Shown here in pieces: positions 18,196 to 27,768 of a DNA stretch of 64,000 nt. Under the pieces are notes generated by a model. It saw only the letters and a program-made list of their open reading frames with translations, was not told where the DNA came from and searched no databases. The position numbers and the translations under genes are program-made. Each line of letters opens with the position of its first letter. The stretch's first letter is position 1. This stretch comes from an uncultured Aliarcobacter sp. (GTDB lineage Bacteria; Campylobacterota; Campylobacteria; Campylobacterales; Arcobacteraceae): contig OY781945.1 of the NCBI GenBank assembly GCA_963677435.1, forward strand, positions 896,001 through 960,000. Reading direction: 5' to 3'.

Positions 18196-18219
18196 ATTAA
18201 TGATTTATTAATCATTAAT
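18196..18219. promoter_or_regulatory. Perfect 10-bp inverted repeat upstream of the MCP gene (candidate operator)
   Basis: ATTAATGATT-tatt-AATCATTAAT. Confidence 0.4.
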
Positions 18220-18256
18220 CAATTATCATACTGTATAGATTAAATAAGGAAAAACA

Positions 18257-20728
18257 ATGAAAAACTTTTCTATAAAAAGTAAATTGTTGATTATAGTAAT
18301 AGTAACTATAATTCTTGTAGCAACAATGATAGCTTTGAAATCAATATATGAGATTAATAATTTAACAAATCAAAATATTGAAGAATACAAGCAAAATGCT
18401 TATAAAAATTCACGGGAAGAATTGAAGGCATATACAAACTTCGCAAAAAATATTGTAGTAAATCTTTATAATCAATCTTTACCTGAAAATGTTAAGAAAA
18501 ATGTAGAGGGTACTTTAAAAAATCAAACAGATTTTTTATTTACAGTACTTACTAGATTATATGAAGATCAAAAAGGAAAAGTATCTGAAGATGAACTTAA
18601 AAAATTGTTGCTTGATACTATAGATGCAGTTAGATATGGTGATAATAAAGATTATTTCTTTGTTTATGATGAAAACTCAACTATATTAAAACTTCCTATA
18701 AGTCCAGAAAGAGAAGGAACAAAAAATACTCAACCTTATATAAAAGATTTTATAGATACTGCCTTTAAAAAAGGTGAAGGATTAGTTCCTTATGCACAAG
18801 TTGTAAAAGATAAACCTTCTAGACAAAAAGTATCTTATATAAAATTATTTAAGCCATTTAATTGGGTAATTGGTACAGGTGCTTATATAGATAATGTAAC
18901 TGAATCTTTACAAAAAAAAGCATTAGAAGATGTATCTCATCTCAGATTTGGTAAAGATGGATATTTTTATATTTACGATTATGATGGTGTAAATTTAATG
19001 CATCCAATAAAACCTGATTTAGTTGGTAAAAACTTAATAAATTTAAAAAGTAAAAAAGGTGTTTACTACATAAAAGATTTAATTGAAGTTGCTAAAAAAG
19101 ATGGGGGAATGGTTACTTTCGATTTTGAAAAACCAAATGATCCTAAATTATATGACAAAATTGGTTATGCGGTTGGTGTTAATGAATGGAAATGGATGAT
19201 TGGAACAGGCGCATATACTGATGATATTGAAGAAAATATTGATAAGATGAGAAAACATTCTGCAGAAAATATTGCTTCGACTATATTCGGAATTTTACTT
19301 ATTGCATTGATTGTTTCAATTGTAATTATTATGTTTGTAACATTTTTTATAAATAAAGAGATAATAGCACCTTTAAATACTTTCCAAGTTGGTCTTTTAG
19401 ATTTCTTTAAATATCTTAATAAAGAAAGTAAAAATGTTGATAAAATTACTGTTAAGTCTAATGATGAAATAGGAATTATGACAAATATTGTTAATACAAA
19501 TATTGAAAAAACAAATAAATTGATTCAACAAGATGAGAAATTAATTAATGATGTTAAAGGTGTAGTCTCTGAAATAAATAAAGGAAATTTACGAAATAGA
19601 ATTGAAGCAAAAAGTGATAATGAAAGTTTAGAAGAGTTAAAAAATATTTTAAATGAGATGTTAACTATTGTTTCAGAAAAAATCAATGATGATTTAATTG
19701 TTATTGATGAAGTTTTAAATGAATACAAAAAAGTTAATTTTACAGTTAGAATAAATAATCCTCATGGTAGAGTTGCAATTGCACTTAATTCTTTAGCTGA
19801 TACTATCAATACTATGTTAGTTGAGAGTAAAACAAATGGTCTAACATTAGAAGAAAGCTCAAATATACTTTTAGCAAATGTAGATAAATTAAATATGAGT
19901 TCAAATGAAGCAGCAGCATCTTTAGAAGAGACAGCAGCAGCAATAGAAGAAATCACTTCAAATATTAGAAATAATACAGAGAATATTTCAAAAATGGCAA
20001 TTCTTTCAAATGAAGTAACAGCTTCAGCAAATCAAGGTGAAAAACTGGCAAATCAAACAACAGTTTCAATGGATGAAATAAATAATCAAGTAAACTTGAT
20101 AAATGAAGCAATAACGGTAATTGACCAAATAGCATTCCAAACAAATATTCTTTCTTTAAATGCAGCCGTAGAAGCAGCAACTGCAGGAGAAGCTGGAAAA
20201 GGATTCGCAGTAGTTGCAGCAGAAGTGAGAAATCTTGCTTCTCGTTCAGCAGAAGCAGCAAAAGAGATAAAAGCAATAGTAGAGACAGCAACAGTAAAAG
20301 CAAATGATGGTAAAAAAATAGCTGGAAATATGATAGAAGGATATAAACAATTAAATGGAAATATTACTCATACTATAAATCTAATTCAAGATATACAAAA
20401 TGCGTCAAAAGAGCAGTTGCTTGGAATTGAACAGATAAATGATGCAGTAAATCAATTAGATCAACAAACACAAAAAAATGCAGCAGTAGCTTCTCAAACT
20501 CAAGATGTGGCAGAAATTACAGATGAAATTGCAAGATTAATTGTAAGTGATGCAAATGCAAAAGAGTTTATTGGTAAAAATGAAGCTAAAGCTAGAAAAA
20601 TGAGTAGAGGAACTAATAGTTCTGCTGATGTAAAAACAACTCATGCTCCTGTTAAAAATACAAAAACAGCTGAAGTGAAAAAGAGTATTTCAAGTAAATC
20701 AGATGAAGAAGAGTGGGAAAACTTTTAA
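18257..20728 (+). CDS. Methyl-accepting chemotaxis protein with tandem Cache domains
   Basis: TM1; two Cache-type repeats (YFFVYD...[22 protein letters not shown]...[11 protein letters not shown]); TM2; signalling domain [38 protein letters not shown]-terminal EWENF. Confidence 0.95.
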   Translation: MKNFSIKSKLLIIVIVTIILVATMIALKSIYEINNLTNQNIEEYKQNAYKNSREELKAYTNFAKNIVVNLYNQSLPENVKKNVEGTLKNQTDFLFTVLTRLYEDQKGKVSEDELKKLLLDTIDAVRYGDNKDYFFVYDENSTILKLPISPEREGTKNTQPYIKDFIDTAFKKGEGLVPYAQVVKDKPSRQKVSYIKLFKPFNWVIGTGAYIDNVTESLQKKALEDVSHLRFGKDGYFYIYDYDGVNLMHPIKPDLVGKNLINLKSKKGVYYIKDLIEVAKKDGGMVTFDFEKPNDPKLYDKIGYAVGVNEWKWMIGTGAYTDDIEENIDKMRKHSAENIASTIFGILLIALIVSIVIIMFVTFFINKEIIAPLNTFQVGLLDFFKYLNKESKNVDKITVKSNDEIGIMTNIVNTNIEKTNKLIQQDEKLINDVKGVVSEINKGNLRNRIEAKSDNESLEELKNILNEMLTIVSEKINDDLIVIDEVLNEYKKVNFTVRINNPHGRVAIALNSLADTINTMLVESKTNGLTLEESSNILLANVDKLNMSSNEAAASLEETAAAIEEITSNIRNNTENISKMAILSNEVTASANQGEKLANQTTVSMDEINNQVNLINEAITVIDQIAFQTNILSLNAAVEAATAGEAGKGFAVVAAEVRNLASRSAEAAKEIKAIVETATVKANDGKKIAGNMIEGYKQLNGNITHTINLIQDIQNASKEQLLGIEQINDAVNQLDQQTQKNAAVASQTQDVAEITDEIARLIVSDANAKEFIGKNEAKARKMSRGTNSSADVKTTHAPVKNTKTAEVKKSISSKSDEEEWENF

Positions 20729-20735
20729 GTTTAAA

Positions 20736-20761
20736 ATGGGAAGTTAAATAAAACTTCCCAT
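20736..20761. terminator. Hairpin between the convergent MCP and hypothetical genes
   Basis: ATGGGAAGTT-aaataa-AACTTCCCAT, a perfect 10-bp stem. Confidence 0.55.
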
Positions 20762-21067
20762 CTCATCACCTAAATACGCATCAATTTTTTTTATGAATTC
20801 TTCAAAAGGCCTTTCACCTATTTTATTGAAAATTACAATTTCTTCACCAAAATCATCTTGAATAAAATGTTCTTCTTTGATTATCTTTGAGTAGAGTTTT
20901 TGTAAGTCATCTTCACTCTCATCTTTATTGAATAAAAACCAATTTGCAGTTGATTCTTTAATTCTAATAAGTCCATAAGTTTTATTTTCATCAACATAGT
21001 CTTGAATAGTACCATTTTCAAATATAGCACCAACTACTAAATCGTTTTCATTTAGAATCATTTCCAT
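20744..21067 (-). CDS. Hypothetical acidic protein
   Basis: 107-codon ORF with an AAAAGG RBS-like sequence upstream; no family recognised. Confidence 0.7.
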   Translation of the reverse strand: MEMILNENDLVVGAIFENGTIQDYVDENKTYGLIRIKESTANWFLFNKDESEDDLQKLYSKIIKEEHFIQDDFGEEIVIFNKIGERPFEEFIKKIDAYLGDEMGSFI

Positions 21068-21175
21068 TTTTTGCCTTTTAAATTATTAAATGGATTATAA
21101 TTAAACCAAAGTTAGCATAAGATTAGTTTTTATCTACTATTGGGTACAATTTCGAAAATTTTAAAAGGAAATATT

Positions 21176-22051
21176 ATAAAAAAATTTAAAAAAGTGCATA
21201 TAGAAATCACAAATATTTGTAATTTAAAATGTACATTTTGTCCTCCAAAAATACTACCAAATGGAATAATGAGTTTAGAAAAATTTGATGATTTAAATGT
21301 TCAATTAAAGCCATATACAAAAGAGTTAGCTTATCATATGGTTGGTGACCCACTTGTTTTGACAAATTTAGCAGATTATCTAAATATAAGTTTAAAACAT
21401 GATTTAAAAGTAAATATTACAACAACAGCAAATAATATAAATGAAAAACATTATGATGCACTTATGAATCCAACTATTAAACAAATAAATTTTTCGATTA
21501 ATTCATATAATGCAAATTCCCACAAAAAATCACTTGATGAATATTTAAATCCGATTTTAGATTTTGTAAAATTTGCCCAAAGTAAAAACCATGAATATTT
21601 TATAAATTTTAGGATTTGGAATTTAGATGAAGAAAAAAGTGCAAAAGATTTTAACAAAAAAGTTTTTGATAGAATAAACGAAACTTTTAATTCAAATATA
21701 GATATTGAAGAAGTATATAAAGAAAGACCAAAAAATATAAGAATAGCTAGAAAAATATTTTTCAATTTTGATGAATATTTTACTTGGCCAGCTTTGCAAA
21801 ATGAGATAGTTTCAAAAACTGGATTTTGTTATGGTTTAGATTCTCATTTTGGGATTTTAACTTCTGGAGATGTTGTTCCTTGTTGTTTAGACCAAAATGC
21901 CTGTGTGAATCTTGGAAATACAAATACTACACAACTAGAAGATATATTAAATTCTAAAAGAGTAAAAGCAATTCAACAAGGTTTTAAAAACAATATTTTA
22001 GTTGAAGAACTTTGCCAAAAATGTGAATATAGAACAAGGTTTGATAAATAG
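21176..22051 (+). CDS. Radical SAM protein with SPASM/twitch domain
   Basis: CNLKCTFC (CxxxCxxC), VGDPL, FCYGL...GDVVPCCLD...LCQKC. Start placed at ATA 21176 behind AAGGA; the track start TTG 21140 overlaps the putative promoter. Confidence 0.88.
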   Translation: MKKFKKVHIEITNICNLKCTFCPPKILPNGIMSLEKFDDLNVQLKPYTKELAYHMVGDPLVLTNLADYLNISLKHDLKVNITTTANNINEKHYDALMNPTIKQINFSINSYNANSHKKSLDEYLNPILDFVKFAQSKNHEYFINFRIWNLDEEKSAKDFNKKVFDRINETFNSNIDIEEVYKERPKNIRIARKIFFNFDEYFTWPALQNEIVSKTGFCYGLDSHFGILTSGDVVPCCLDQNACVNLGNTNTTQLEDILNSKRVKAIQQGFKNNILVEELCQKCEYRTRFDK

Positions 22052-22059
22052 GAGAAAAA

Positions 22060-22857
22060 ATGAATGAAGTTGAGATTATACTAAAAAGTGTTAAAGATTT
22101 TTTTACAAGTTCAATGTTAAAAATTGCATTAGTTCCGTTGATTGTAACGATGATTATTTTATATATGCTATTTTTTACAGCAGCAGATTATGGAATTTCA
22201 TCATTACATGAAATTGCTATTGCTTCTCAAAATGGACAAGAGGTTGTTGTTGATGAAAATGCTCCTTTTTATTTTATATGGTTCACATATTTAATAATAT
22301 TTTTATTTAAATATTCATTTACTTCATGGATTGCTGGATTTTTATTTTATACAGTAGGAACAATTATTGTTTTACAAGCTTCTGTCATTTTATCAATTAT
22401 TATAATTGGATTTTTAACCCCTATGATTTTAAAAATTTTACATAAAAGATATTATTCTCATTTAGTTTTACACGAATATGGAACAGTAATTTTATCTATT
22501 TGGGTTTTGGCAAAAAGCTTATTTATGATGGTTTTTTTATTTATAATTTTAATTCCAGTCTATTTTGTACCCGTTTTAAATGTCTTGGCATTTTCTTTGC
22601 CTTTTTATTATTTTTTCCATAAGTTATTGAATTTTGATGTATCTTCAACGATTTTAAGTAAAGAACAATTTAAGATTATTTATAAAGCTGAGGGGAATAA
22701 TTTTAGGCTTAGAACGCTATTTTTATATTTTATTTCAATGATTCCATTTGCTACACTTTTTACAGCAGTTTATTATATTATCTATTTAGGACATGCATAT
22801 TTCATAAAACTTGATGAGTTAAGTAAAATTGATACACAAAAAGAATTAGCTATCTAA
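22060..22857 (+). CDS. EI24/CysZ-like membrane protein
   Basis: GGAG RBS; multiple TM helices; IIGFLTP.I, IPVYFVPVLN, YYFFHKLLNFDV. Confidence 0.7.
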   Translation: MNEVEIILKSVKDFFTSSMLKIALVPLIVTMIILYMLFFTAADYGISSLHEIAIASQNGQEVVVDENAPFYFIWFTYLIIFLFKYSFTSWIAGFLFYTVGTIIVLQASVILSIIIIGFLTPMILKILHKRYYSHLVLHEYGTVILSIWVLAKSLFMMVFLFIILIPVYFVPVLNVLAFSLPFYYFFHKLLNFDVSSTILSKEQFKIIYKAEGNNFRLRTLFLYFISMIPFATLFTAVYYIIYLGHAYFIKLDELSKIDTQKELAI

Positions 22858-23541
22858 TCCTCTTGATATTTGATAACCAACTCCTTGAATATTTTTCAAA
22901 AAATTTTCAGGGAGTTTTTTTCTTAGATTTTTTATAAATAATCTCATAGCATTTGCTGTCATAATTGAATCATCATCCCAAATTGAGTTTTCAAGATCAT
23001 CATAAGTAATTATTCTATTTTTTGTAATAAGTAGTTTCAAAAAGATTGCTTCTTTTTTTGTTAGAGCAAAATCTTCATTTCCATTTGAAACAATAGATTT
23101 TCTTGAATCAAAAATCCAATTTGTATTTAAATTATATATTTTACTCTCATCATAAGATTTTACAAAAGATTCTAAGGCTTCCATTAATTTGTCATTGGTA
23201 ATAGGTTTTACAATATATTTTATAAGATGTAATTCTGTAGCTTCTAATAAATAATTTAAATCAGTATGCGCTGAAGTTATAATTAATCTAGTTTTTGAAT
23301 CGGTTTGTCTAATTCTTTTTAGTAAATCAAGTCCAGTTTCATTTCCCATTTTTATATCAGTTATAATTAAATCAGGTTTATTTTGAATATATTTTAAATA
23401 TGCCTCACTTGCATTTTTAGCTGTTAATACTTCTTTAAAAAGATGTTTTAATATCTCTTCTATATTATTTCTTATTCCATCTTCATCTTCTACATAAAGA
23501 ACTGAAAAAGCAGTAAGTTTATTTATAAAATTATTTTGCAT
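22846..23541 (-). CDS. OmpR-family response regulator
   Basis: VLYVEDE, PDLIITDIKM (phospho-Asp), YIVKP; winged helix LTKKE...LRKKL...NIQGVGY. Confidence 0.95.
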   Translation of the reverse strand: MQNNFINKLTAFSVLYVEDEDGIRNNIEEILKHLFKEVLTAKNASEAYLKYIQNKPDLIITDIKMGNETGLDLLKRIRQTDSKTRLIITSAHTDLNYLLEATELHLIKYIVKPITNDKLMEALESFVKSYDESKIYNLNTNWIFDSRKSIVSNGNEDFALTKKEAIFLKLLITKNRIITYDDLENSIWDDDSIMTANAMRLFIKNLRKKLPENFLKNIQGVGYQISRGLDS

Positions 23542-23607
23542 ATTATAAAAATCCTTATTAGAAAATTTATGTTATGATAACCAATTATTGCTAATTAAAG
23601 GTTTATT

Positions 23608-25197
23608 TTGAATTTTACAATGGAAAAGAATTTATCAAAAATCATAATTTTTACATTTATTATTATTATGTCTTCTATGATATTTGCTATATCATACTTT
23701 TATGTTAAGAATGCCTATGATGATTTTGATATTGAAATGGATAAGTTTGTTCAGGAGTATTACTTAAATAAAAAGAAGACTCTAAAAAAAGAGATTAATA
23801 CTGTTCTTGATATTTTAACTTATAATCTTATCAAATCAAATTTAGATGATGATGAGTTAAAAATGGATGCTATTAGGTTATTAAATAACATTACATTTGA
23901 AGAAAATAAAAGTAACTATTTTTTTGTATATGAGATTAATAATATTAATGGTGGAGATGATTTTGCAAAGTTAGTTGTTAATCCAAATAGACTAGATTTA
24001 GTTGGGAAATACATATCAACAAATTATAAAGATGATGATGGGAAAAAGTTTAGGGAAATATTTCTAAAAGATATTAGAGAAAGAGGTGAATCTTATACAG
24101 AATATGCCTATAAGAAACCAGATTCAAATGAAGCAAAACATAAACTCTCATATTTCAAATATTACAAAAGATGGAATTGGGTAATTGCTGTTGGTATTTA
24201 TACTGATGATATTGAAAATGAAATTGCGATTAAAAGAAAAGATTTAAGAAAAAGAATAAAAAATCAAGTGGCTCAAAATGTTGTTTTATTTGCAATGTTT
24301 TTATCAATAGCTATTTTAATATCAATTGCAATTTCTCAAAAAATTGATGATATTTTGAAAGAGTATGAAAATAAAGTTAGATTAAATGCAAAAGAATTAG
24401 AAGATTTAAATTTATCCTTAGAAATGAAAGTAAAACAAGAAATTGAGAAGAATAGAGAAAAAGAACAGCTTCTTGTCCAGAAATCAAAGTTTATTGCTTT
24501 AGGTGAGATGATCAGTAATATAGCTCATCAATGGAGGCAACCATTATCTGAATTATCTTCCATCATGATGTTTATAAGATTTAAATACAATATTGGAGCT
24601 TTGGATAAAGAGACAATGGAAAAGAAGTCAAAAGAAGCAGATAAAGTACTTGAATATATGTCTCATACAATTGATGATTTTAGAAATTTCTTTATGCCCA
24701 AAAAAGAGAAAGAAGAGTTCTTTTTATTAAGAGAAGTTGAAACTGTAATGAATATTATTTCAAGCACCTTATCTAATTACAATATTCAAATAGAGACTAA
24801 AATAGATGAAAATATTCAAATAAAGACTTATTTAAATGAATATAAACAAGTATTACTTAATATTATTAATAATGCAAAAGATATATTGATTGAAAAAAAT
24901 ATAAAAAATCCATTAATACAAATTAGTGCTTATGAAGAAGAAACATATGTTGTTGTATATATTGAAGATAATGGTGGTGGAGTTTTAGTTGAACCAAAAG
25001 GAAAAATATTCGAGCCATATTTTACAACAAAAGAAGATAGCAATGGCACGGGAATTGGATTATATATGTCAAAAATAATTGTGGATAAAAATATGAAAGG
25101 TAAATTAAGAGTTAGAAATACTCAGAATGGTGCAAAATTTGCTATTTTTATTCCTAAAGATGGTTTTGAAAGAGTTATAAATTATGAGTTTGTTTAA
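23608..25197 (+). CDS. Cache-domain sensor histidine kinase
   Basis: TM-Cache (YFFVY...WNWVIAVGIYTDD)-TM; NIAHQWRQPL; DNGGG; FEPYFTTK; GTGIGLY. Confidence 0.94.
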   Translation: MNFTMEKNLSKIIIFTFIIIMSSMIFAISYFYVKNAYDDFDIEMDKFVQEYYLNKKKTLKKEINTVLDILTYNLIKSNLDDDELKMDAIRLLNNITFEENKSNYFFVYEINNINGGDDFAKLVVNPNRLDLVGKYISTNYKDDDGKKFREIFLKDIRERGESYTEYAYKKPDSNEAKHKLSYFKYYKRWNWVIAVGIYTDDIENEIAIKRKDLRKRIKNQVAQNVVLFAMFLSIAILISIAISQKIDDILKEYENKVRLNAKELEDLNLSLEMKVKQEIEKNREKEQLLVQKSKFIALGEMISNIAHQWRQPLSELSSIMMFIRFKYNIGALDKETMEKKSKEADKVLEYMSHTIDDFRNFFMPKKEKEEFFLLREVETVMNIISSTLSNYNIQIETKIDENIQIKTYLNEYKQVLLNIINNAKDILIEKNIKNPLIQISAYEEETYVVVYIEDNGGGVLVEPKGKIFEPYFTTKEDSNGTGIGLYMSKIIVDKNMKGKLRVRNTQNGAKFAIFIPKDGFERVINYEFV

Positions 25198-25891
25198 GAA
25201 TAGACTTATTGCGCATAGAGGATTTCATGACTCTAAAAATATTCCAGAAAATTCCCTTTTAGCCTTTCTTAAAGCAAAAGAAAGAAACTATGCAATTGAA
25301 TTGGATTTGACTATAACAAAAGATAATCAAATCATAGTTTTTCATGATGATGATTTATTTAGATTATGTAATGTAAATAAAAAAGTACAGGAGCAAAATT
25401 ATTGTTTTATAAAGAAATTAAACCTTTTTGATACAACAGAACATATTCCTTTATTTAAAGATATTCTAGGGTTAATAAATGGTGATATTCCTCTTATAAT
25501 TGAAATTAAGAAACATAATAAGCTTGGAGTATTAGAAAGTAACTTGGTTGAACAATTGCATAAATATAAAGGAATTTATTTTATATGCTCTTTTGAAAAA
25601 GATATTTTATTTTGGTTTAAAAATTATAAAGTAAGTTTTACAAGAGGTCTAATCTTTGGTTACAGTTCTAAAAAATTTAAAAGATATAAGTATCTACTTT
25701 TTTTATATAAATATTTTAAAACTAAACCTGATTTTGTATCTTTAGAAGAGTCTTTGATTGGAAGTTCAGTTTATTATTTTTGTAAAAAGAATGGCTTAGC
25801 TATTCTTACTTGGACTATAAGAAATAAAAAAAGATTTGATGAAATAGATGAAAAAGTTGATGGAATAATTTTTGAAGGATTTTTAGTTTAA
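25184..25891 (+). CDS. Glycerophosphodiester phosphodiesterase family protein
   Basis: IAHRG, PENSL.AF, IELDL..TKD....VFHD, IIEIK, WTI. Confidence 0.9.
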   Translation: MSLFKNRLIAHRGFHDSKNIPENSLLAFLKAKERNYAIELDLTITKDNQIIVFHDDDLFRLCNVNKKVQEQNYCFIKKLNLFDTTEHIPLFKDILGLINGDIPLIIEIKKHNKLGVLESNLVEQLHKYKGIYFICSFEKDILFWFKNYKVSFTRGLIFGYSSKKFKRYKYLLFLYKYFKTKPDFVSLEESLIGSSVYYFCKKNGLAILTWTIRNKKRFDEIDEKVDGIIFEGFLV

Positions 25892-25920
25892 AAAAGAAGA
25901 GAATAAATCTCTTTCTTTTT
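25891..25920. terminator. Bidirectional terminator between the GDPD gene and dctM
   Basis: aaaaagaagaga-ataaa-tctctttcttttt stem flanked by A and T runs. Confidence 0.65.
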
Positions 25921-27200
25921 TATCCATACAAGAAGTTTGGAAGCCATAATGAAATAATTGGAATGTATGTTACTAACATCAGACCAAATAATAATATTAA
26001 TGTCATTGGTAATGATGCAACTATAACTTGTTTTAAGCTAAGTCCAGTAATACCACTTGCAACAAAGAGGTTGAGTCCCACCGGCGGGGTTATCATTCCT
26101 ATTTCCATATTTACAACCATAATAACACCTAAGTGAATAGGGTCTATTCCTAACGCCATACCAATTGGAAGTAAAAGTGGTACTGTAATCATTACCACAG
26201 AACTTGGTTCCATAAATTGTCCCATTAATAAAAGTAAAATATTTACAATTAATAAGAACATTAAAGGTCCTACATTTGCCTCTATAATCATTTGAGTTAT
26301 ATGTTGTGGAATTTGTTCATCTGTTAAAAAGTGAGCAAATAACATAGCATTTGCAATGATAAAGAAAATCATTGAACTTGTTTGTGCTGAATCTAAGATA
26401 ATTTTATATAAATCTTTATATTTTGTATCTTTGTATATAAAAAATGAAACAAAAAAAGCGTACATTACACTGAATGCACCAGCTTCAGTTGGAGTAAAAA
26501 TACCTCCATAAATTCCACCAATTACAATAACAATAATTAATAAAGCCCAAAAAGCATTTTTAAAAGCAATAAATCGCTCTTTAAAAGATGCAGCTTTTTG
26601 TCCTTTAAAACCACTTCTTTTTGCTAAAATATAAGTACCAATCATCATCATAGCACCAATCATAAGACCTGGTATTACCCCTGCCATGAAAAGTCTTCCA
26701 ATAGATTGATCAGCTGTTACCCCAAATACAATAAATACAATTGAAGGTGGAATCAAGATACCTAAAGTTCCTGAAGTAGCAATTGTACCAATTGCAAATT
26801 GTTCATTATATCCTGCTTGTTTAATAGCTCCATACATTACAGAACCAATTGCTGCAACAGTTGCTGGAGAACTTCCACTTACTGCTGCAAAAATTACAGA
26901 TGCTAAGATAGCTGCAATTGGAAGACCACCTGGAAGATGTCCAACTAAAGATTTTGCAAATTCAATTATTCTAGAAGCTGATGATCCTCTTGATAATAAA
27001 GAACCAGCTAATATAAACATAGGAATTGCCATAAGTGTATACTTATTTAAACCATCAAAAACTTTTGATGGAATTCCCATTAAATCCATATCCGTAAAAA
27101 AGAATGATGTGATTAGTGTTGTAGCTCCCAATGAAACTGCAACTGGTACACCTAAAAGCATTAAAGCAAAAAGTAAAATAAATAAAGTAGCAATAATCAT
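25920..27200 (-). CDS. dctM: TRAP transporter large permease DctM
   Basis: LMAIPMFILAG, FAAVSGSSPAT, GTLGILIPPS, GIFTPTEA, GMITPPVGLNL. AAGGAG RBS favours ATG 27200. Confidence 0.95.
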   Translation of the reverse strand: MIIATLFILLFALMLLGVPVAVSLGATTLITSFFFTDMDLMGIPSKVFDGLNKYTLMAIPMFILAGSLLSRGSSASRIIEFAKSLVGHLPGGLPIAAILASVIFAAVSGSSPATVAAIGSVMYGAIKQAGYNEQFAIGTIATSGTLGILIPPSIVFIVFGVTADQSIGRLFMAGVIPGLMIGAMMMIGTYILAKRSGFKGQKAASFKERFIAFKNAFWALLIIVIVIGGIYGGIFTPTEAGAFSVMYAFFVSFFIYKDTKYKDLYKIILDSAQTSSMIFFIIANAMLFAHFLTDEQIPQHITQMIIEANVGPLMFLLIVNILLLLMGQFMEPSSVVMITVPLLLPIGMALGIDPIHLGVIMVVNMEIGMITPPVGLNLFVASGITGLSLKQVIVASLPMTLILLFGLMLVTYIPIISLWLPNFLYG

Positions 27201-27201
27201 A

Positions 27202-27756
27202 TTAATTTTCTCCTTTTTGTGAAGTAACTTCATTTATTACAGTTTCATGCTCACTAAAGAGTTTAATATCATTTGCATCAGTAATATAAATTTCAACTAA
27301 TTTTTCAGCAGCTCTGTAAGCAGCTAAAGCAAATGCGATAGGAAGAACTAAATGAGGAATCCACATAGGAATACCTAAATCAACACTGTCTTCTCCAAAA
27401 TCTTTTAATAAAAGAATAAGTTCATATCCAAAATATGACATTATGGCAAGATACGCGATTGAAATAAAATTTGCAAAAACTAAGAGATATTTGGTGACAA
27501 TTGGAGGAAATTTTTCAATAAGTAATGTTACTGAAATATGAGCTCCTTGTTTAAATCCATATGCAGCACCAAATAGTGCAGACCAAATAAAAAGATAGTT
27601 TGTAAGTTCAGCAGCCCAAGTAAGACTCATGTCAAAAACATATCGTAATATTACATTGATAAATGCTAGTAAAACACCAACTGACAGTCCAAGGACTGCC
27701 ATAGTTTGGTTGATAGTACCAACAATTAAATCGATAATTTCAAAAAATTTTTTCAT
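27202..27756 (-). CDS. dctQ: TRAP transporter small permease DctQ
   Basis: NVILRYVF..SLTWAAEL..YLFIW..LFGAAY.FKQGAHISV. Confidence 0.94.
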   Translation of the reverse strand: MKKFFEIIDLIVGTINQTMAVLGLSVGVLLAFINVILRYVFDMSLTWAAELTNYLFIWSALFGAAYGFKQGAHISVTLLIEKFPPIVTKYLLVFANFISIAYLAIMSYFGYELILLLKDFGEDSVDLGIPMWIPHLVLPIAFALAAYRAAEKLVEIYITDANDIKLFSEHETVINEVTSQKGEN

Positions 27757-27768
27757 ATTAAAACTTTA

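Noticed and set aside
19965..20303. Antisense poly-Leu ORF (112 aa)
   Set aside because: A shadow of the A-rich codons of the MCP signalling domain.
13923..21067. Integrative element or prophage at the tRNA-fMet 3' end
   Set aside because: No integrase, transposase, phage gene or att duplication seen; retained only as a weak insertion hypothesis.
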